Source: Eledone cirrhosa
Taxonomy: Eukaryota
Assembly (NCBI GenBank): GCA_964016885.1
Contig: OZ024756.1
Coordinates: 19,654,001 to 19,718,000 of the forward strand
Reading direction: 5' to 3'
Length of the DNA: 64,000 nucleotides
Under the pieces are notes generated by a model, which was not told the DNA's origin, searched no databases, and saw only the letters and a list, made by a program, of their open reading frames with translations. Positions 42,801 to 53,900 of the stretch are shown here, piece after piece. A program made the translations under genes and the position numbers. The number at the start of each line of letters is the position of its first letter. Position 1 is the first letter of the stretch.

Positions 42801-43200
42801 ACTTTTTAACGGCGCTCTCCAGCCGTGACGATCCACCCTATTTTTTAACGGCGCTCTCCAGCCGTGACGATCCACCCTACTTTTTAACGGCGCTCTCCAG
42901 CCGTGACGATCCACCCTACTTTTTAACGGCGCTCTCCAGCCGTGACGATCCACCCTACTTTTTAACGGCGCTCTCCAGCCGTGACGATCCACCCTACTTT
43001 TTAACGGTGCCCTCCAACCTCATTTTTTATAGTGCGCTCCAGTGTGACGATCCACCCTATATTTTAACGGCGCACTCCAGCCGTGACAATCCATCCTATT
43101 TTTTAACAATGCTCTCCAACCGTGACACTCCACCCTCATTTTTTATAGTGTTCTCCAGCCGTGCTCATCCACCTTATTTTTTCAGTGCTCTCCAGCCATG
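39810..43200. repeat. 39-bp CpG-rich minisatellite, more than 80 copies
   Basis: tttaacggcgctctccagccgtgacgatccaccctactt with a few recurring variants. Confidence 0.97.
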
Positions 43201-43397
43201 ACAAACCACCTCTTTTAATAATTGTTTCTACATTTGGCACAAGGCCAGCAATTATCTCAGTGCATTACTGGTACTTTATTTTATCGACCCCGTAAGGTTG
43301 AAAGGCAAAGCTAACTTCGGCGGGATTTGAACTCAGAATGGAAAGGGCCGTAACTCTATTACGATAACAAAGGCAGTAACTTATTATGATAACATTC

Positions 43398-43434
43398 CTG
43401 ATGATTTCATATGAATGAAACACCTCTAGTCCTG

Positions 43435-43435
<1 letters not shown>
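43398..43435 (+). ncRNA. Truncated hammerhead motif; same family inverted at 44271-44307
   Basis: CUGAUGA UUUC-auau-GAAU GAAA CACC UC; the sister copy reads UGAUGA UUUC-ucaa-GAAU GAAA CAGU UC. Confidence 0.5.
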
Positions 43436-43476
<41 letters not shown>

Positions 43477-43543
43477 ATTCCTAAACTCTACCAATGTATT
43501 GAGTACCTTATTTACTGTGGTTACCTCTGCTTGAACCTGGGAT

Positions 43544-43574
<31 letters not shown>

Positions 43575-43809
43575 GGGCAATAAAGATAGACGGTAGCCAC
43601 AGAGTAGGCAGACCCAGAAAAACATGGGACGAGCTGATAAATTCCGACCTCACACGCTTACACCTCTCCAAGACAATGTCAGTGGACCGAGACCTTTGGC
43701 GGTACTCAGTAATAGAGAAGACCCGCCTTACCTAAATACAAAGTAAAAACCTACTATAGTCAGTAGGCATCTCTATCAAAACACCCCCCCGTCCCACCAC
43801 CTCCACCCC

Positions 43810-44240
43810 ATCGACACCGCCCCTTTCAATGTAAAGTTATGTTGGTCCCACAACATCCAGGCCGAAACAAATGAGATCGTGTAGGTGTCACGACAAAAAA
43901 CACACAGTCCACGCTGTAAATGTGGCCGTGTAGGCAACACGGTAAAAACCTCCCAGCCCCACACTGTAAATGTGGTTGGTGTTAGGAAGGGCATCCAGCT
44001 GTAGAAAACCCGCCAGACAGTCCATGCTGTAATGTGGCCGTGTAGGCAACACGGTAAAAACCTCCCAGCCCCACACTGTAAATGTGGTTGGTGTTAGGAA
44101 GGGCATCCAACTGTAGAAAACCCACCAGACAGTCCTATGCGAGCAAGACAACCACTCTTGCCTCAAGTGGGAAAACCCCCGTCCAAACCCATGCAAGCGT
44201 GGAACACGGACGCTAAACCTGATGATGATGATGATGATGA
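43810..44240 (+). mobile_element. Non-autonomous retroelement with (GAT)n tail; also about 13070-13372, 15790-16050, 52510-52685, and (-) 2905-3090, 44562-44790
   Basis: Shared ggttggtgttaggaagggcatccag...cccatgcaagc(a/g)tggaa...gacgttaaac-gatgatgat. Confidence 0.65.
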
Positions 44241-45780
44241 TATATATATATATAATATAGATGAGATTCTACAGGACTAGAACTGTTTCATTCTTGAGAA
44301 ATCATCAATGAAACAGTTCTAGTCCTGTAGAATCTCATCTATATTAAAACTTTTATACTCTGCTATGTATTGAGTACCTTACTTACTGGGGTTACCTCCG
44401 ATTCAACCCGGAATAACTTATATATATATATACTTCATTTTTGTATTTCTTTTACAAGATTTCTTTTCTGAAAACGTGTGTTGAAACAGATTTTGTTATA
44501 CTTTGGGAGAGTCATGCTGCCTATAAAAACACACACACACCTGTTGGTTTTCACTTCAATATCATCATCATCATTTTACGTCCACTTTTCCCTGCTTGCA
44601 AGGGTGGGACGGGAACTGATTCTGGCTTGATTTCTACAGCTGGATGCCCTTCCTAACACCAACCCCATTTACAGTGAGTGCTGGGTGCTTTTTTTTTCCG
44701 TGGCACCTCCACGACCACTTTACAGTGTGGGCTGGGTGCTTTTTTTGCCATGGCACCTCCACGACCACTTTGCAGTGGAATGATAGGGACCCCAGTCCTA
44801 TCATCTCATTTCTACAGCTGAGTAAACTGAAGCAATGTGAAATAAAGTGTCTTGCTCAAGGAAACAACACATCACCTAGCCCGAGAATTGAATTCACAAC
44901 CTTTCGATTGCAAGGCCAATGCTCTAACCACTAAGCCATGTGCCTCCAATATATTACAAATTTCCAGTTACTTGGTTTAATAACCAGATGCTTAAGATGG
45001 TGTAAGACAGAACAAAGGAGAGACAGAAAATAACAAATTAGTCACCGAGGAGCTGACAACATTGTATAAGATAAACGACCCTGGAAATTTCAAAGGGTTA
45101 ATAAAAAGTAAAATCCAACATGTTTCAGAATGTCTTTATACAACTAACAAGCTCTTGCCCGCCCTCCCTTCCCTCACATAAGCAACCCCTAAAGTTCCCA
45201 GTCTGGAAGAAGAGCCAAAAGGGGCTGTAGTACCCACTTTATGAACCAAGGAACTAAATAAATATCTGAAGTCTACATTGAATGTATATTTCACATGGAA
45301 GCATGAATACATGTGTAACATGGAGCATTAAACTCCTTAAACATAGAATGGCAGTATGATATGTGATATGTGGTATGATATATGATAAACGATAAACGAT
45401 ATGATATGATATATGTGATATATGATAAATGATATGATATGAGATGAAGTAATGTTTTGTTTTGTTACAGTCAGAGGGGATAACAGCATGGGGTGGGAGG
45501 GCTGGAGAGAGAGAGAAGTGACAGAGAGAAAGAGATAGATAGAAAGAAGTGACAGTGAGAGACAGAGAGAGAGTGAGAAAGAAGTGAGAGAGAGAGAGAG
45601 AGAGGGGAGAGAGAGAAAGAGAGAGACGGTAAGAGGAGAGAAAAAGAGAGAGAGAGAGTGAGAAAGAAAGAAAGAAAGTAACAGAGAGAGAGGGAGAGAG
45701 AGAGACAGAGGAAGTAGGACACAGCAGAAAATGGGAAGCCTTTAGTAGGCTTTAGTAGTTGCCAACAGGTTTTCTAAATA

Positions 45781-46364
45781 TCACATGACAGTGTCAGCAT
45801 CTTTAAGCAGACTTTCTGGACCAAACTCCTCAAGGGTAGCGGTGTGGGTAAATGTCTGTTGAGCATCTGTCGGCAGGGTCGCAGCTTGTATGGAAGGGGT
45901 GTCTCCAACTGCGGGCAATGCCACGGTCACTGGTTGCGCTTCAATAATGGTGATAGGTTGCAACGCTGGCGTGCTAGCGGGCATCACAGACACTGCCGAT
46001 GGGTAGGCCGGGATTAGCTGGGCATGGATGGTGGTGCCGTGGGAGTCCGTGGACTCTGTGAAGTGAACCACGTAGTGGTCAATCACTGCATCTGTAGCTT
46101 TAGCTGAGAGTTCATTGCCGTTTACGTTTACATTTATGTTACCTGAACTGTCTATAGAGGTCGCTGTGGGAATGAGCTGTTGGAGTGAGTTGTCAGCTGG
46201 TGGTTGGTGGACAGAGGCTGCCTGGGCTAAAATTTGAGCCCCGGACAGAGCAGTGGCTGTGACCGTTGAAGGATTGGGATGTAAGCCCAAAGGTCCAGCC
46301 TTGTCAGAAATCCCATTCATTGCAGATGATGTGTCTAAGATAACAGGGTCTGAATTTGTCAGTG

Positions 46365-46413
<49 letters not shown>

Positions 46414-46889
46414 GCTGCTGCTATTGTTACCATGATTGAATGTGACCTGCTGTCCAACATTGTGGTCAGCAGGTCGTGTTGGCCCACTCGACGACGACGT
46501 GCCGCTCCGAGGACGCCCTCGTCTTCTCGGTGGCGGGGGAAGTCCTGTATCACTGTTCTCTTTGTTCAACGACTCCGACGTTATCGTAATCATGCGCTTA
46601 CGAGGCCGACCCAGTTTCCGACGGCTACGAGGCCGAAATATCTGTGGGTCTGACCCCAACTTCACCGGGTGGCATTTGTGGTCGTGGAAAAGTTTGGGCC
46701 TGAAAAAACCCCGACCGCACTTCTGGCACTGGAACCTGTAATCAGCTTTGTGGCCCCGTTCGTGTTCCACCAGGTGGGGCCGCCGACTGAACCCTTTACC
46801 ACACTCCTTACATTTGAAGGGCTTCACACCACTGTGAGTGATGATGTGAGCCTTCAGCTTATCGGGTCTGTTGAACTCCTTTGTACAAC
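45781..46889 (-). CDS. ZNF341: ZNF341 terminal coding exon: last fingers, two AT-hook-like motifs, poly-N, long tail
   Basis: tttcag acceptor; [21 protein letters not shown]...; TGA at 45783-45781. Confidence 0.92.
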
Positions 46890-49800
46890 CTGAAAATTGA
46901 AACAAATATGGCCGTGAATATTCAGATACTAGCATGAGTGGTCAAACTGATACTGACATAATAATGGTCAGATACAAGCATGAGTGGTCAAACTGATACT
47001 GACATAATAATGGTCAGATACTAGCATGAGTGGTCAAACTGATACTGACATAATAATGGTCAGATACTAGCATGAGTGGTCAAACTGATACTGGCATAAT
47101 AATGGTCAGATACAAGCATGAGTGGTCAAACTGATACTGGCATAATAATGGTCAGATACAAGCATGAGTGGTCAAACTGATACTGACATAATAATGGTCA
47201 GATACTAGCATGAGTGGTCAAACTGATACTGACATAATAATGGTCAGATACTAGCATGAGTGGTCAAACTGATACTGACATAATAATGGTCAGATACAAG
47301 CATGAGTGGTCAAACTGATACTGACATAATAATGGTCAGATACTAGCATGAGTGGTCAAACTGATACTGACATAATAATGGTCAGATACTAGCATGAGTG
47401 GTCAAACTGATACTGACATAATAATGGTCAGATACTAGCATGAGTGGTCAAACTGATACTGACATAATAATGGTCAGATACAAGCATGAGTGGTCAAACT
47501 GATACTGACATAATAATGGTCAGATACTAGCATGAGTGGTCAAACTGATACTGACATAATAATGGTCAGATACAAGCATGAGTGGTCAAACTGATACTGA
47601 CATAATAATGGTCAGATACTAGCATGAGTGGTCAAACTGATACTGGCATAATAATGGTCAGATACAAGCATGAGTGGTCAAACTGATACTGACATAATAA
47701 TGGTCAGATACAAGCATGAGTGGTCAAACTGATACTGACATAATAATGGTCAGATACAAGCATGAGTGGTCAAACTGATACTGACATAATAATGGTCAGA
47801 TACAAGCATGAGTGGTCAAACTGATACTGACATAATAATGGTCAGATACTAGCATGAGTGCTCAAACTGATACTGACATGATTGGTCAAATAGATACGAC
47901 CGTGAATGGTCAGATACTAGCATGAGTGGTCAAACTGATACTGACATAATAATGGTCAGATACTAGCATGAGTGGTCAAACTGATACTGACATAATAATG
48001 GTCAGATACTAGCATGAGTGGTCAAACTGATACTGACATGATTGGTCAAATAGATACGACCGTGAATGGTCAGATACTAGCATGAGTGGTCAAACTGATA
48101 CTGACATAATAATGGTCAGATACTAGCATGAGTGGTCAAACTGATACTGACATAATAATGGTCAGATACAAGCATGAGTGGTCAAACTGATACTGACATA
48201 ATAATGGTCAGATACAAGCATGAGTGGTCAAACTGATACTGACATAATAATGGTCAGATACAAGCATGAGTGGTCAAACTGATACTGACATAATAATGGT
48301 CAGATACAAGCATGAGTGGTCAAACTGATACTGACATAATAATGGTCAGATACAAGCATGAGTGGTCAAACTGATACTGACATAATAATGGTCAGATACA
48401 AGCATGAGTGGTCAAACTGATACTGACATAATAATGGTCAGATACAAGCATGAGTGGTCAAACTGATACTGACATAATAATGGTCAGATACTAGCATGAG
48501 TGGTCAAACTGATACTGACATGATTGGTCAAATAGATACGACCGTGAATGGTCAGATACTAGCATGAGTGGTCAAACTGATACTGACATAATAATGGTCA
48601 GATACTAGCATGAGTGGTCAAACTGATACTGACATAATAATGGTCAGATACTAGCATGAGTGGTCAAACTGATACTGACATAATAATGGTCAGATACTAG
48701 CATGAGTGGTCAAACTGATACTGACATAATAATGGTCAGATACTAGCATGAGTGGTCAAACTGATACTGACATAATAATGGTCAGATACTAGCATGAGTG
48801 GTCAAACTGATACTGACATAATAATGGTCAGATACAAGCATGAGTGGTCAAACTGATACTGACATAATAATGGTCAGATACTAGCATGAGTGGTCAAACT
48901 GATACTGACATAATAATGGTCAGATACTAGCATGAGTGGTCAAACTGATACTGACATAATAATGGTCAGATACTAGCATGAGTGGTCAAACTGATACTGG
49001 CATAATAATGGTCAGATACTAGCATGAGTGGTCAAACTGATACTGACATAATAATGGTCAGATACAAGCATGAGTGGTCAAACTGATACTGACATAATAA
49101 TGGTCAGATACTAGCATGAGTGGTCAAACTGATACTGACATAATAATGGTCAGATACAAGCATGAGTGGTCAAACTGATACTGACATAATAATGGTCAGA
49201 TACTAGCATGAGTGGTCAAACTGATACTGACATAATAATGGTCAGATACAAGCATGAGTGGTCAAACTGATACTGACATAATAATGGTCAGATACTAGCA
49301 TGAGTGGTCAAACTGATACTGACATAATAATGGTCAGATACTAGCATGAGTGGTCAAACTGATACTGACATAATAATGGTCAGATACTAGCATGAGTGGT
49401 CAAACTGATACTGACATAATAATGGTCAGATACTAGCATGAGTGGTCAAACTGATACTGACATAATAATGGTCAGATACTAGCATGAGTGGTCAAACTGA
49501 TACTGACATGAGTGGTCAAATAGATACGACCGTGAATGGTCAGATACAAGCATGAGTGGTCAAACTGATACTGACATGAGTGGTCAAATAGATACGACCG
49601 TGAATGGTCAGATACAAGCATGAGTGGTCAAACTGATACTGACATGATTGGTCAAATAGATACGACCGTGAATGGTCAGATACAAGCATGAGTGGTCAAA
49701 CTGATACTGACATGAGTGGTCAAATAGATACGACCGTGAATGGTCAGTTACTGGCATGAGTGGGCAAACATACACTGACAACAGTGGTCAAACAGATATT

Positions 49801-50847
49801 GACACGAGTGGTCAAACAGATATTGGCACAAGTGGTCAAACAGACATTGACATGATTGATCAGATGTTGGTATCAGTGGTCAAACAGACACTGACACAAG
49901 TGGTCAAATAGACATTGAAATGAATAGTCAAACAGATATTGACATGAGTGGTCAAACAGTTTCTGAAATGAGTGGTCAAACAGTAATTGACCTGCAAAGT
50001 CAGATATTGATGTGAGTGGTCAGATATTGACATGAGTCGTCAAACAGATACTGACATAATTGGTCAAATAAAATAGACATTAACATGACAGGTTAAATAG
50101 ACATTGACATGAGTGGTCAAACAGATACTGACATGATTGGTCAAACAGATACTAAAATCAGTGGGCAACATATACCGGCATCAGTGGTCAAACAGATATT
50201 GACACAAGTGGTCAAAAATACACTGATGTGAGTGATCAAACATACACTGATGTTAGTGTCAAAACTACACTGATGTGAGTGGTCAAATTGACTGATCAAC
50301 TAAAGTAAAGGTAAAATATATAAAAAAAAAAAAAAAAACGGAAAAAGAAGAAATCTTACCGGTAAAGTTTCTGAATGGACATTTATGTTTCTTGACCGAT
50401 TCATGAATAAGCATGTGTCTTTTCAGTTTATCCTTCCTGTTAAATGCCGCTGAACAGGACTCACACTGGAATGGTTTTTCACCGCTATGAATGAGGATAT
50501 GCATCTTCAGATAATGTTCTGTCTTGAATCTCTTTTGACAAATGTTACAGGGAAACTGACCTGTGTTGAATAAATATTAAAGAGGCTTTCTAAACAATAG
50601 CAAAAAAACAATGTACAAAGCAGAACTTTTGGGCTTTTAAGTGTTGAAAATATATTTATATATACACAAAAGGCAAACGACGCAGTACAATGAAGAAATA
50701 TATTATTAGTTTTACGCTTGCTATAGTAGGAAAAGAGTCTTAATGTTTCAGAAGCTAGTCCTTCATCAGAAAATAGAATGATAGAGGAGAGTGAGTAGTA
50801 GCAGAAACGAAAAAAAAAACAAACAGGTCTATTCAAGTTGCCATATG

Positions 50848-50932
<85 letters not shown>

Positions 50933-53900
50933 AATGAAAAAGATAGGTATCAGCACATTTTTGAAATAAAATGGGGTCCCCTCTTCCTTTAATGCCCAAA
51001 ATATGTGTTTATTTAGCTTAACCCTTTAGCATTTGCATTACTCTATATTTAATATTGTATTTTTGTGGTAAAGGCTTTACCTCCAATAACACATGCTAGC
51101 GTGGAAGATAGACGTTAATCGATGACGATGATGAATTATCTCCCATAATATCGAATCTATGAGATTTTGATATTATTTATTCTGAGAACAATACCGTAAC
51201 ATCAGTATGAGCGGCTGGTGACGGCTCGTTTGAACAGAAAGAGATGAGAGAATTCTGGCCAGATATGGTCAATTTAAATGCTAAAAGGGTTAATGGTGTC
51301 CTCTCTTCCTTTAATTCCCTATATATGTGTTTATTTAGCTTAATGCTGTCCCCTCTTCCCTCGATGTCCTAAGTGTGTGTTTATTCAGCTTAACTGTTAA
51401 TCTAAACCAGCTCGTTTGGTTCATTTAATTGTTGCAGCTGTAAAGGATGTAATGAGAAATAAATGGTAAATTTAGTAAAACACTAGCAGAATGGCCCGGC
51501 ATTGCTCGGGATTTGCTCTAGTGTCTTATATATTTGATATATATTTATCCTTATTGAGCCTCGTGAAATAAATACGTTTGTTTATATTTTGTTATTGTGT
51601 ATGCAAAAATATCTGTACATGAATATATAATTATATATATATATTAAAATAACAGATTAAAGTTTAAGCAAGAATCGCTGCTTTCACCCTTAACAGGATC
51701 TTCTGAAACTAAAAAAAATCAATCTGTGAACGCAGAAGTAAATATTTCGAAAAACGTTACACACTATATATATACACACACACAGATAGCGACATCATAA
51801 TGTCGTAATGCAGACAGCCAGACATACAGACATTATAAGGGCACAACGTTATATCTATGTATCTATCTAAAAAGAAAGACTAAGAATTGTAGAGAGAGAT
51901 CGCTAAATCGCCTAATGCAGTCCCTAGGGCATTGAAAATTTGAAGTTTTTTTTTGCTCATATCACTCACGACCATAAGTATTACATGTGTAACATTTGAA
52001 AAAGATCGGTTGGGTGGTTCTCGAGTTTTAGGGAGTCAAACAGACAGACATTCTCTGTTTTAGATGTATAGATAATTTACAAACTGTACCTATACTTCCG
52101 TGGGTAGGTAAGTGACGGCGAAGGTATCTTTCACAGGGGAACATCTTTTTACAATGTGGACAAGGAAATTCATGAGAAGATGTGGTTAAATGATGTTCCA
52201 GAGCTTCTGGAGTTGAATACTTGTTCAGACATTTCGTACACTGGAAATGCCTGAAAGAAAAAAAAAAAAAATGGCTATGTACGAGGGTCAGCTAAAAAGT
52301 TCATAGGCTGACCAAGATACACCCATGGAATGACCAAATGAGATTTATTTTTCAACATAGTCCCTGGAAGGAAACAATCCAGTTATTAATAAGAAGAGTT
52401 AAAATTAATGCATGCAAGATTTCACAGCTCTAGCATCACTCATTCATAGTCAGCTAATGAACTTTTCAGCTGGCCCTCATACATGTATATATGTAATATA
52501 TATATATATAAATGTGGTTGGTTTTAGGAAGGACATCAGCTGTAAAACACCCGGTCAAATTTACAGTCCTTGCTGGAGCAAGGTGCGACATGGTCAACTC
52601 TGGCCAGACTTGCTTCCTGGCATGGACGACCTGTCTAACCCATGCAAGCATGGAAAAATGGACGTTAAACAATGATGATGATGATACACAGTGAAAGGAA
52701 GCTGCAGTAGAGGAAGACAGAGAAAAACTTGAGCAGAGGTGGTTAGAGCTGAACCCCACAATGGAGATGACAAGGGAATTTTATAACTGGAGAGAGGCTA
52801 CGCTGGAAAGGACTCATCCAACCCTTGCAGGCATGGAAAGACAGAAGTAAAATGATGATGATGATGACACACACACAAGAAAAAAATATAAGGGCCGGGA
52901 TTTAAATATGATATAAGATAGTAGAAACCCTATCTAGGTCAGAAAAATAAAAATAAAAACATTAGATAATCATAGAATATGTGGAACAAGAGAATGGCTA
53001 AACAAACCATTAATTATTATTATCATCATTTTCTGTCCACTGTTCCACACTTGCATGGATCAGACGGGTCCTTCTCAGTACAGCATCTCTCCACCATGTG
53101 TCATGTACCTTTATCATCTCCGTGAGCTTCAGCAATCTGAGATCAGCTCTCACCCATTCCATCCAGGTCTTCTTATGTTGTCCTCTACTGCGGTTTCATT
53201 CTACTGGGGTTACTTGGCACTTCTTCACCTAGCAATCATCATTCATGCACATCACATGTCCATACCAGTGCAGTCTCCTCTCCTGCACACTACTTCTGAT
53301 TCCTCTTATATCCAGTTTCTCCCTCAGTTCATCCATGCTCTGTCATTCTTGCACATTCAACGAAGCATGGTTGCTTCGTTTCTCTCCAGCTTCCACATGT
53401 CTCACTACCATGCAGCATGGCACTTCACACACAGGCGTCATACAGTTGTCCTTTTGTATGTAGGGAGAAATCATTTGAGAAATAAATGTTGCATCTATCA
53501 CGATTATAGTGGAGGCACGTGGCCTAGTGGTAAGGATGTTTGACTTACGATCATAATGTCGTGGATTCAATTCCTGGACTGGGTTGTGTGTTGTGTTCTT
53601 AAGCAAAACACTTCATTTCACGTTGCTACAGTATACTCAGCTGAAAATGAGTACCACCAGCAATAATTGAAGGTTTAATCCTGCGATGGACTGACATCCT
53701 GTCCAGGGGAAGTCTTGTAATCTCAGTTGATTCATGGCATGGAAACCTGGATAAGCACTGGCCTGTTGAGCCTCCGAGCTCGAGACAGAGTATCAGGGTT
53801 AACTCTGTATTAGAGGAATCAGATGTAGTGAGCAGGAAAGGTGACTGAACTCATACAGACATGTAATTTGTATGGACAGGCCTGGGGCCATCATCTTACT

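Noticed and set aside
39530-43201. 1223-aa (+) and 1096-aa (-) ORFs
   Set aside because: Both come from a 39-bp tandem unit without stops in those frames; no domain, near-identical DNA units, open on both strands.
46890-46935. ATG start of the 384-aa ORF
   Set aside because: The ATG lies in the intronic satellite; homology starts at the acceptor (46889).
46922-49740. CRISPR-like appearance of regular arrays (also 6325, 9447, 58321)
   Set aside because: No unique spacers, no cas genes, and a eukaryotic intron-containing context.
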